From the NCBI RefSeq assembly GCF_009914755.1, contig NC_060925.1: 64,000 bases of DNA; one strand, 5' to 3'. This document shows, one piece after another, positions 13,514 to 26,700 of this stretch. The position numbers and the translations under genes were made by a program. Numbering within the stretch: the stretch's first letter is position 1; each line of letters starts with the position of its first letter. The notes beneath the pieces are model-generated. The model saw only the letters and a program-made list of their open reading frames with translations. It was not told where the DNA came from and searched no databases. This DNA comes from the human T2T-CHM13v2.0 reference genome, Homo sapiens.

Positions 13514-16500
13514 CTAGGCAGTTAAGAAAAGAAATCTGTCTAGAACTCCAAGGAAAATAAAAGGCAAATATTTTTAACTAGGCATCTATCAGCACACCAT
13601 GGCACAAAAAATTTGCTAGCTTATTTTTGTCCATTGAACTACACTTAAACCCAGACTCGAAAATAATGTGAGGTATGAATGTCACAACGGAAAAGGTGGA
13701 AAACTGGAAGACAAGAGTGGACTAGACTCTAATCAAGTTTGAATGAAGAGCACTCTTCCAGGGTGTCATTGTCTAAATGGAAAGGCAGGGATTCAACTTC
13801 CTGCATAGGAAAGAGGTTCTGTTACGCCTGGGTTGGAGGAGAAGGGGTGGGAATTACTGAAATATGCAAATCGTGTATTTGCCAAAATCCTCACCTCAGT
13901 ATCTTACAGTGGAGAAGGCCGTAACAGAAGAAGGGAGCTTAGGAAAGTGTGGGCAAAAATGTTAAGGCCTCCCCCTCCCCAAGACCTAGTATCTAGACTG
14001 GAGCATTTGAATCAAGAAATTAAAACACAATACACATTAAGCCCCTGATTGCCTGATCCAGCAGCTACTCTGATTTTTATTTTAATGCAATCAACACAAA
14101 TTACATGCAGTTTAAACAGCAAAAAGGAAGCTAGATAAATGGTGATAGTTTCTAAAGGGGTTATTTTTTCTCCATTAGCTTTTAAAAATGGACTGTTTTA
14201 TAAAATCACCTATTGTGTGTTGATTACTTAAGGGCAGAGAAACAGGATGAAAATGGGTAAATAAGGCCAAATGACTTGATTAACTTTTGTGGGAGAACAA
14301 CTTCAAAGGCCCACATAATTTAACATGCTGGAAATTCTCCCCATGCAAACATTTCAGGAGTTGACTAAGATCAGAGATGTGGCTACTGCCACAGCAGCTC
14401 CCTCTGTCTGTGCATGTTAACTTAGGTAACAGATGAACTCACAGACCAGCCTTCTCTTATCCTAGCCATGTGGACAACTGGGTACAAAGCTCTTTATATA
14501 TTAAAGCCCTTTGTAACAATCTGCTTGCCACTCTGGGTTCAGTTAACACATCCTAGACTTTGGTTGGTGGCAGTGAAGGTCCTGGTGAATTTGTTACTAA
14601 AATTCTTCATGATACAGCTTCCCAGGAGAGAATCTCAATCCTGAGTTGCTGGCAGCTGCTAACTGAAAGACGAAGTCTCTGTAGTATCATAAAATTTAAG
14701 AATGAAACTTGCACAAAGCTGAATGCAAGATGGTTGGGGAGCAGAACAGTGCAAATAAAAGAGCTCAACTCATCCTGGTAGAGATTTCAGGTCCCATTCC
14801 TGGCTACACTATATTTTAATTGTGTGACCACAGGTGAGTAAATTACAGATATAGAACCTGGCAGAGCGAAGGACCAATAGCATCATCATCGTTCTGACAG
14901 CACCTCCCAATTAGAGGTGCAAGACCTATTCAAGGGCTGGGCCTAGGTCTTATTCTTTCCTTTGTCCCCAGCACCTGGGGCTGAGTAGGCACTCTCTAAA
15001 TGTTTGCTAAGTAAATAAAACAATGACAACAATGAATGAGTAATTCTAAAGTTTCAGAAGCAAATACCAAAGTTTCTTCTCTCTGTGTGGGATCACAGGT
15101 TAAAATTTTGAGACATAAACAAATTCAAGTGGAGCATTTGATCTTTTCTCAGATCTGGGAAAAGGTAATTACTTAAATTTCCCCTAAAGCACATAGCTGA
15201 GTTGGCGTGTGAAGTCTCTTCTAGCTCTGACCTTCAGTCAACAGAAAAAAAATAATAGGCTGAAAAGAGGAGGTCCATGAAAGGCACTCACTCACGGTCA
15301 TTTTTAGCAAGAACATGTCTTTCCTCTAAAGCCTCCTTTTCCTTCCATGAGAGGCTGGACAACAGAATGAATCCAGTACAGCCGTAACTTCAGTTGATTC
15401 TCTCCCATCCATCTCTATAAAGGCCATCAAAGGGATCTTCCACATGACCCTGTCTTTCCTTGCTTAGGCTGCCCACTACCCTCAAAATTAAGTCCCACAC
15501 CATGGCCTCCATAAGGCCCAGAACAACCAGCCTCCTCTCTACCTCTAGGGTTCATTTCTTGCCCCCCACCAATATTCACCTCTGCTCAGGTACCCCAAAT
15601 GCTATGTTGTTCCAGGCCTCTGTGCTGTTTGTCTTGGCGTTGAACACTACCTCATCTGTCTGCCAAGCACCCAGTTAGACTTTCGGACATAGCTCAGGTG
15701 TCTCCTTTGTGAGGCTTGATTGTCATCACTCCCAGGTAGGGGGGTCTCTACATTGTGACTACTTTTAGCAAATTATGTTTGCAATCATCTGCCTGTCGGT
15801 TTTCAACATTAGACTATAAAGCTCTTCAAGAGCAAAGTTTTACTCCCTTTAGCATCTTGGAGCGTAGGGAAGCGCCTGGCACATGGCAGGCTCTTAGTAA
15901 ATTCTTCATGACATGAGAGGGGAGGAAGAGAGGGACTTTAATGGGCTGGGAGAAAGATTCTGAAGTAAAGTCCTGCTGCTGAGTAGAGGTGCTTGAGGGT
16001 AGAGGCATGGACAGGTGGGAAGCTGTTCTGAATGTCTGTAATCTTTCTTGGAGTCCGAGAAGTAGAAATCAGGGCTGTTAAGTTGAAATCAGAAGCATCT
16101 AGTTAGAATGGACAATTCACATGGCACAGTTACAGACAAAGGGCTCTGCTATCACACTGTCTACAGAGGGACAGCTAACGGACATCAGAGGGAGCAGGGG
16201 TTGAGAGAGTCACCTCTCTGGCTCCATCCTGTTGGTCCCCTCCCATAGTCAGACTCCACTCTAGGCAAAGTGGCTGGCCTAACCCTCTCCACACATACAC
16301 CATTCTTTCCTGCCTCCTACTCTTTGCTTATGCCATTCCTTTTGTCCAGAACATTCTACCCCTAGAGATGTCCACCTATACAAACTCCACCAGTGATGCA
16401 AGGCCTGACTCAAATGCCATCTCTCCAATGAGGCTGCCCTATCCCCTCAAAGACTAGTAAATAATTATCTCTAGCCCTTGGCTTGGGATTTGGAGACAGA

Positions 16501-19500
16501 GCTCCAAATACTGGGTTTAAGTACTGGGTTTGCCACTTACTGTTTAGTTGACTTGTGACCTTCCTTGGGTAGTAGAGCTTCCTTTGCACTCTCCCCACCC
16601 CTCTGCCCCTACTCTACCATAATAATCAGATGTACTTGTTCGTCTCTATATCTGTCTCCCCTACTAAAGGAGGAGGGAGCAGCCAAAAACGGTGCCTTTT
16701 TATGTCAGAAAGGAGGCTTGAGGACAGCCAAGGACCGTGTCTTTTTATGTCAGAGACCAGGTCTCACCTGGCACAGTGCTTGATTCACATTCTATCCTCA
16801 AGAGATAATGTACACATAAATAATTGCTTAACCTCTCTGATCTTGTTGTGTCACCTGAAAGGAGGAAAGATAACAGTGACTTGGCAAGACTGAGGATTAA
16901 ATCAGATAACTATATATATATATTCGTATATTTATATGAAACAATGATTTCAGAGTCTAGTACAGAGTGGGTTTTTTTGGTAAATAGTCATTCACTCCCT
17001 CTCCACCCACTCCCACACAAGTTACACTTGTGCGCTTAAGTTCGTCTCTACTAAAGCATAGGTTCTGTGAAACAGAGGCCCTGCTGTTCTGCCTTTGCCC
17101 CTAGTGCTTAGCACAGGCCCAGCACAGAGCAGGTCCTTGTACTCCACAGCCCACCCACTCTCTTCAAGGTTCACGACGGTCCCCTCAAGGCTCACGAAGG
17201 TGTCCTAAGGGACTGATAGACTTCTGTCAAATATTGAAGCTACTATACTGAGATCTTGGCTCTCAAGAAAAACTATTTTCTAAATTTCTCACTCAGCACC
17301 ATTTGCTTAACACCTGGTGAAAGCTCTCCGCAACAGCCTCCTCCTTCCAGGACATTGTCTACAGAAGGTCGGCTTGAAAAGCCAACCAAAGGTACATCTT
17401 AAAAGGGAATGTTCAGGAGACCTGGGTGTGAATCCCAGCTCATGACTTTGAAGTCAGGTCATCTTACCCTCTCTGCAACTCAGCTTTCCTACCTGCAAAA
17501 TGGGGATTACCAAAAGCCACCATGCAGGCTGCTGACGTCTCTGGAAGAGCCTAGCACTGAGGCAGGCACAGAACAGACAGAAGCTGGCAAAACGGCAGAT
17601 GAATGAAGGAATGAATCAATCAACAGAGCGCAATGTTTAGCATTACAGGATCAGAAAGAAAAGGAACAAAAAAAGCATGTGTTTTCTTCAGGGAGAGCAG
17701 GGAGGGCCCCTAGTGCTTTTAATTTAAGAGGGGAGAAAATCACTTCATTGCAAATTTTAGTCGGCTTCACTACCGATGTTGGCAATTTACATCTCATTAC
17801 AACAAATGCTTCAGATTGCTGTTTTGCTTTTAAAAAATTTCTGAGGCATTGTTCTCCCTCAAACACATGTGACCAAATTAGCCACAATAATAAGCACTTG
17901 CGTTAAGAGACAGCATTGTACAATCTGGCGCAGATATTTTAGGTAACAAAAGAACTTTTTTCACTTTGTGGGAAGAGTAGGAATTTTTTTTTAAAAAAGG
18001 GCTTTGATCCATTTGCATTCGGATATTGACACACACTTGAGGTTTATTTTGGGGAAAATATACCTTCCATGGAAAGAAAACTCTCAGCTGGGTAAAGGAA
18101 GCTTTTAAAAAGTATGAAAGGTAGTACTTGTCTTTTCATTCAATCATTCATGAACCCATTCATCACACAACCCCTGACTGCATATCAAGATCTAGGCTCT
18201 GCAAGAGGCACTGGGGACCCAGAGACAAAGTATGTTCCTGTTCTGGGGAAGTTCAGATTTAACATGTGAAACACTATTATATAGCATACAAATAACTCTG
18301 ATTTAACGGATAAGCAATAGATTTAGTGTTAGAAAAACCTGGTAAAGATCCTGGTTCTGTTATTTACTTTACCTCTTTAAGCCCTACTGGCTTTTTCCCT
18401 AAAATGGAAAGCATGACACACAGTTACGGTCTTTGTAAGTGTTTGCTGGGGCAACAAATACATGAAATTATACCATTTTCTATTCTTGTTGTATCGTAAA
18501 CTGGACTAATGCTGTTCTTTCTGATTAACACAAATGTTTATGTTTGTGTGACTTCCGGGTTTAGAAATCACCTATTTTTTCAAACATGTATGTGTTTGGA
18601 CACTAAATATCATTTCTGATTTCAGCTGAAATGGAAAGGTTAATAATATTCGATTCTTTTTTCTTTCTTTCTTTTTTTTAGAAAAAAGGACTAAATCCTT
18701 TTACTTCTGTAAGTAAATAGGAAGTTTCTCTGTTACAAGTACCATCCTATTTTCTTCATAAATGCATAGCAAATCAAGTCAAAATTCCTAAATGCGTACA
18801 GAACATCTGCTGTGGCACACAGAAAGTACTAGATTTGGCAGAATAGAGATGATTTTACTGTCGAGAAGTACCTGGGCAGGGGAACAGCTTCATAACAATG
18901 AAGGAGTTAAACAAAGGCCTTGGAAAGAGACTAGGGAAGATGCCTCCGGAGCTGGGTAGGAGGATCCCCCTCTGTGGACCTTCTCAGACCCTCTCAGAAG
19001 TCATCAGCTGCTCTCACCTGCTGCTGTAGCGTGCCTCTGTTTCTTAGCCCCATTAGTCTTCCAGTGAAAGCAGAGACAAATCTGGTTTCATTCCTTTGGT
19101 GAGAATCTACTAAGTACCTCCTGAGTGCCAGCCCTGTGCTAGGTGGAACTGAGTGCTTCACTGTCCAGCAGTGGAAAGAGACAGGCAGCAGACTACCACC
19201 AGCCATGTGGCTAACAAGCATTAGGAGAAAAACTGGGGCAGAAGCAAAGGAGGGGGTGCTGCCTCTGGAGGAGACTAGGAAATCTTCATAAGGACGGTCA
19301 CCAACTTCTGTGTTGGGGCTTGGAGGATGAGAGGAGCTTGTTGGGTGTGTGACCCTAGGGTGGGGTAGTTCTCATAAGGTGAAGGCAAGTGGCACAAACC
19401 ACAGGCTCACTGTGCACAAAGGGTGCAATGTGATGATCTGCATGAATTTGGGGAGGGGGAGATCACTGCCGGTTAAGGGATCCTAGAAGGCTTCAGGAAA

Positions 19501-22500
19501 GTGGTGATCTCTGACTGGGGCTTTGATGGATGCGCGACATCTTGGGGAGGTGGGGGAGTAGTGAGGCCGGGGTTCTTCAGGTCCTCTCTCTCTCCATTTT
19601 CTGTGAGTGAGGGCAGGAGCAGGCTTCGTTGGGCAGAGGCAGGAGAAAAAAATTCTAGCATGAATCCTGGATTAGGTGAGATCCCAGCAGCTGACACAGA
19701 TGCCTCCACAGTGGGGCCATACCCTCGGGGAATCTGAACCACAGAGCAGCAGAGTTGAAATGGATCCGAGAGAGCCCCCTTTCCAAGGGGGAGAAGCCCA
19801 CCCAGGAAGAAAGAGGTGAAAAAAGCAGGCTCAGGTCCCCAGTCTTGGAGGTCAAGGTTCTCCCCGACTTTGAGGAATTGCAGATGCCCATTTCAAATGA
19901 CATATTTGAGAAGGAAAGGTGGCTGAAACCTACAAAAGTCTTCTTTGTTAAGTATCTTATATCAAATGTATCTCTCTTTTTTTCTCTCTGTAGCATTTTT
20001 CAGCCCACTGTCACGTGATTGTTTGTTTAACAGCTCCCTGACTAGAACATAAACACCGAGGGGATGTTCCTGCTATATCCCCAGCACCCAGCGCAATGTC
20101 CTCCATACAGAACACTCACTAAACACGTGTTTAGCGAAAGAAGTTAATCCTTATGGTGGTCCTACAAAATCGATCTTATTATCTCTGTAAAGACTCAGAG
20201 TAGTAAAGTAACTTGCCAGAAGTCACAAAGGTGGTGAGTGCTCAAATTCAGGGTTGTCAGATTCCAAAGACAGCTCTTTCCACTACCCTACCCCTCCTCA
20301 ATGAACTGTACTTTCCAGAGCTTCTTGCCTAATGCTCACTCTGTGGGACCCTCAGCTCATCTCTGACTTTCTCTGACATTCCTAGGGGGTCTGTGAAAAG
20401 CCCCACAATCATGAGGGGTGCGGTGGAAGGGGAATAGGTTGTCACCTCTAGAAGCTCTGAACTTATCCTCTGGTGGCCAGGGAAAACTGGACTGGTTCTT
20501 CATCTGTGGTTCTTCTACTTCTCTCCTGCCCAACTATCTGCGCCCAGAGAGTATCCAAATGGCAGGGTATGTGCAGAACGCCCTGTCAAAGAAGCATTGA
20601 AGGCCCACACATGTATTCAATGCATGTAAAATGGACCACAGTTGGCTGGGTTGGGGGGCTAAGGAGTTGTGGTGGGAATAAGTGGGGTGGGCAGCATAAG
20701 GGCTGCTCCCAGTTTCCTGAGGGACCACTGTGGGCACAGTGAGTGCCTGAGGGTAGGAGTTATGAGGAGGCAAAGTTTGATCACATGGTGGATGTCTGCC
20801 CAACAAATCAATCCATGACCCTGACCTCTGCTGATACTCCCTTCAGGCCATGAGCCCTTCCAGAGTAGGGACCATATGGGATTCATCTTTGCTAAATGGC
20901 TGTTGATTGATTTGCCTGACTCAGAGGAAAATAGCAACTCAGGAGTTGAAGGACTGCACCCCAGCCCACTCCAATGGGGAAGTGCCCCCATGAACCACCT
21001 GTAGGAGGGGCTGGGGTAGTTCTGCTTGCTCTCATCTATGTCTGCAACCTCATCTCTTCCTGCTACCCAGCACTTCACTGTGCCGTCCAACCAGAACTAC
21101 TTTCAGTTCCTTGAATAAGCCAGCCTCTCTTGCAACTCCAAACCTTTGTTTAGGCTCTCCTGTTGCCTGAGATAGTTCCTTAACTTGGGGCCTCCTGCAG
21201 CCACCCACAACTCTCCTACCCCAGCCATGTAAGGAGCTCTCTTTTGTATCCTTTCCCAACATCCTGAGAGCTCGGGACCAAAGTAAAGCTCACCCTGCAT
21301 CCCAACTGTCTGCTGTTGAGACTGTGACTTCTTTAAGGTGGCAAGGGGGGCTTAACAATTTGATTTCTCCGTGCCTAGCACAGGGCTCGGAACAGAGGAA
21401 GGATCCAATAATGTTCCCTGCACAAAAACATTTCCCTACAGTCAGAGCTATCCAATAATGAGATAGGCTGCACTGGAAGGCAGTGAGTGAGCTTCTTGTC
21501 TCTAGTGGAATGTTACTGGAGGCTGGGTGATTGCATGGCAGGGAGACAGCAGAAAGCTTCTTGTCCTGTATAGGAGGCTAGACGAGGTGAACTCTGGGGT
21601 TCCTTATAGGACTAAGGTCCTAGGACTCTAAGAATTACCCCCCACACTCAGAGTACCCCCTGGAGCAGCAAGGGAGGGTATGGCCAGCCTCTGGGACCTG
21701 CTGAATCCTGGCATCCAAACAAACATCCATCCATGTTGGCTGAACACAAACCTTCCACTGCTTCATGATATAGCATTCATGAAATCCTATATATTCTGAT
21801 TCCACATGGCATAGATATGTCTTTTCCCCTCTCTGGGCCTCAGTTGTCCATCTATAAGATAGGGGTGAAAGGCTGAACTGGGTTCTCTCTAAAGAGACAA
21901 TTTCTAAGAAAACTCCAGGAATTGTCCAATTGGTATCTTGAGGCCATGTTGCCTGGTAAGGCTGAAACTATGAAGACATGGTGGGCTTTTAAATTAAGCA
22001 GGAAATATTCATCTAAAAGCTCAAGGGTCCTGCAGTCACAGAATGCACTGCAGTACTGGATGGTCTAATGGCCAGCAATGAAGGCCTAATCAGGAGGCAG
22101 GCAAAAGGGATGGTGCCACAGAAGCACATGGCTAAGGGACTCTGTGATCAGACTGCCTGACGCATGGCAAAGCAAGAGGGGCCTCAGTTTTGAAACCTGG
22201 TTCTACCCTTTCCTGGGTGTGTGGCCTCAGGCAAGTTACCTAATCTCTCTGAGCCTGTTTTATCCACTGCTGAGGTTGTTTTATATATGGAAAGTATTTA
22301 GTGTCTGGCCCAAAGCAGGTATTCCTAGAAACCAGGCTTTGCCTGTAATGAACACTTTCCCACCTCCATTTCCTGCCTGGCAAATCCAAAAAAAACATAA
22401 GCTTGTCACATGGCAATATGGAAGGCAAAACCCTGCTCTAATGGAGAAACACACTGCTATTCTGACAATGGGGAAAAGCCTAACAACTTCCTCTGGATGT

Positions 22501-23301
22501 TCTAAATACCTAGGCAGTTGTTAGAAAAGGGACAGCCTGGAGTTGTCCCTCAACCCCATCCCCACTGCCCCCAGGAAAACGGAGTCTAGGGAGAAAGGGG
22601 AAGGAGGGTCCTGAATTGTTCGGCCACCCTGAAATCAACTTTTAAAATAATCTGGGATTATTTTAAACTGTGGCTACTTCTGATTTGGGCAACAGTTCAA
22701 AAAAAGTCCTTCAAAGTAGAAGATGACTGATATTTTTCAGACAAACTACTCCACTTCTTATTACTAGGTCTCTTCCTGCCATCTGAATTAAGCAGGATAC
22801 AACAGTTTTTGAAACTGCCCCACCACTAACTCTAAACCGGCAGGCAGACTGTGGGCCTCTTAGGCCTTACCTCCACAAGGGAGATGTAAACATCTAACTA
22901 GACAAAATGGCTCTTGTCCACCCGCTTTGGGCCTTTCTCAAAGCCCAACTTTTTTATAGTACTCCTGCTCATTGTGAAAATGAACTGAGGCTGAAAGAGA
23001 CAGGAAAGAGCTCTGAGATAAACAGGCCCCAAGAAGAGAGTCCTGGCAAAGAGAAGACTGAGCCACAACTAGTGATGTCTAAAAAAATCTAGGAGGTCAA
23101 ATGGGGTGGTTGAGAGCTAGAGATGGGAAGATGGAATTCTGCCCAGGAAAAGTTGGGCGTGGTAATGGACAAATTCTATAAGCTACAGACCAGTGAGTTT
23201 GAAATCAAGTCCAGGCATGGTTGTAAAACAGAGTGTTCAAATATGATTTCTAAGGACTTACAAGGGGAAACAGGAAATCTCTAGGTGTCATCCAGGGTTG
23301 A

Positions 23302-23788
<487 letters not shown>

Positions 23789-26700
23789 CATTTGCTCCTT
23801 TTAAGAACCATAATAGCTGATACTATCATTCACTCTCTCGTACAGATGAGGAAACTAAGGCTGAGGAAGTTAAGTAACTTGCCCGAGGCAACAAAATTTG
23901 AATTTGGAAGAGCTGGGGTTGAAAACCTCAGTATTTCTGACCTCAGAGCCCATTAGGGCTCTTAATCACTGAGCTGGTTCTCCTGTCTGTATGTAGTGGG
24001 CTTTAAGATACCTAGAGGAGAAAACAGACACCTGAGAAGGGTTAAACAAATGTGTATGAAGTTACACAGGTAATAAATTAAGACAGCTGAGATTCAAACC
24101 CAAGTAGTATCTGTTGCTGAAGCCCAGGTTGTCTCCAGTACAGGAGAAAACCAGCAAGAAGCGTTTGGCTGACATCAGCTGCCTTTTCTAAGGCACCATC
24201 AGAGACCTGGGCTTAAAGAAACCAGTTCAGACTGCAAAGGATTTTAAAGATCAAAGCTGGTATTTTAGCGGACCTTGGACAGCACACAAGGCACAAACCC
24301 AGAGGGTTACAGAGGTATTAGTGATCCAGCTCTAAAAAGTTGAAACAGATATGCAGGCCACAATGGCTTTCTCCTTTTTCAAAACTTTCAGCCAGCTTAT
24401 GATCTAGCCAACAGGACATTTTCTCTTCTTTTTGCATTCTCCTCTCTAAAACAGAGATAATAATCCCTACCTGGCTTGCAATAAGACTATCGGAATTGTC
24501 CAATGAGATAAAAATGTCAAGGTGCTTTAAAACCTGTAAAATGCCATGCACATGTGAATTACTGTTATTACTCTAGTTATCTATGCCTCTTCTGGTTAGA
24601 ATTCATCATTTTTGCCTATATTCCCTGACAAAGCACACACAAAATCTAAAACCATCATCTGCCTCCCTCCTGCAATTAGAGCACTGATTTTATTTGCCTG
24701 GTGTCACACTGCGTACATATTTGTGTTCCCTGTGAGACTTGTGTGCATCCTGAAGGCAAGGATTATGTCTGCTCCTCTTTGTATTCCTCACAGAGCCCTT
24801 GAGAGTCTTATTTGAACTAATGTTACCCGAGTCACACCACAATGAATTATACTGTCTAAGTGGTACTTACAGTGTAACAAACTGGGGAGGACACCGTAGC
24901 CTTGGACTTTGCCTTCTAAGAACAGGGAATCTAGCTGAGGAGAAACCAAGAGAGACCCTAGAATTTACTCCATTCTCACACATGGGGGCTTACCCTCCCC
25001 CAACTGGGTCTCTATTGTTCTGCTTCCCTTCATCCCCTAAAATTCTCTGTGGCTGCCAACACCCGGTTTAAACACACCATTCTAATCTACTTGTGCATTG
25101 TTTTTTAAAAAGGCACTCTGTCTTGTTCATTACGTTATTCCCAGCACCTAACCCAGTCCTGGAACAAAGGATACCCTCGATAACTGTTCACTGAATAAAA
25201 TAAATAATGAATGAAGGAATATACATAGAAAAACATCTGTACCTTGTACATTGGAATGTCACCATGCTTTTTGCATCCTCGGCATTTACTTATTTGGGGG
25301 AGGAGGGGCAGGAAAGGGAGAAAAAGGAAAAGGGGACTGGCATTTATTGAACACTTACAATATGGGGGTCACGGGGCAAAAGTTTACATATGCAAATTAC
25401 ATATGCTTCCTTATTTAATTTTGACAGTGGAGGAAAGTGAGGTTCCTTCCCATCAGAAAGGGTTGTTTACCATGCTAAGATCACAGACAAGGAAAGTTCC
25501 GTTTTACAGAGAGAGATGATATCCTTTGTGGGGAGTAAAGGGGATGGAGGAGACACCCCCATGTTGGGAAAAATGAAGTCTAAGAGCTAAAGAAGGCCAT
25601 ACGGGTGAGGGTCTAGAGAGAGGCACGCAGGACCAGGGGTCAGAAGACCCTTAGGAATAAGCCAGTGACACTTTTTGGGCTTGTTTCCTCATCAGCAAAA
25701 TGACGATGACAGTCTATAGCCTAAGTTCTTTCACAACTCCATGCCTCCATGTTGGAATACTTCCTGTTAAATCCATCTTTTCTTGTGTGTGGAATGAATG
25801 AAAGAATGAATAAATGTACAAATGAAGACGTGTACGATTCAGTGAAGCCTCTGAAACATACTCTCTTGCTGCTATCCCCCACCCTTGGGTGTGGCTCCAC
25901 CTTTCTGACCCCAACCTTTCCAAGGTGCGCCATTACAACTCCTGGCTGCTGACGGACCTGCTTCCCACTCTGAGTCCCCATCAGTCTGAAAAGACCAGGC
26001 GGCTGCTCTCCACTACCATCTACCATTCGTAGGACCCCACTACCTCGGTGAGTAAATAATGATTCTTCCAGACAGGTAGATTTCTTTTGAAAACTGAGCA
26101 CCTCCTGACCTGTTGGCCTCCCTCGTCTCTGAATTTGTGTGAATGATCCAGCACCCAAGCTAGACAAAGGCCTTTGAGCTAGGCCCCTAGCTGAGGTGGA
26201 CAAAAAATGAAAATACTCAAGGATATGCCTCCAGGAGCAACACTCAAATGAGGCCCAGGGGGCAGAGAACGGCAAAGCCTGGGCCCTACATCAACCCTAA
26301 CCCAGGACATGTTTCTCAGAGGGCAACTGAAGCCGAGAGTCAAACAAGGGTCTCTCATTCGCTTTCTGGTTGTTCTCTGCCTTCTTAGTGGTGTTTATAG
26401 ATCAGGATCTGTTACAGCAAGGGGATATCTTACCAGACTTTCCAAGAGAGACTTCTCCCTTCAGATGCTAATCTCTCTCCCAGAACTGGCACTCTGCGTT
26501 TTAATAACATGTTTACCTCCATCACTACCCTCTCCCTACTTCCCAATGTCTTAATCTTCTTTGTATCTCCCTAAGTTCCTAGGCTCAGAAAGCATTTGGT
26601 CAATGTTAGCTGACTGATTGAATAAACAAATGAACAAACATATATAACCCCTCTTATCTTCAATATTGTAAGAGGATACTGAGGCAGAGAAGTTAGTTAA

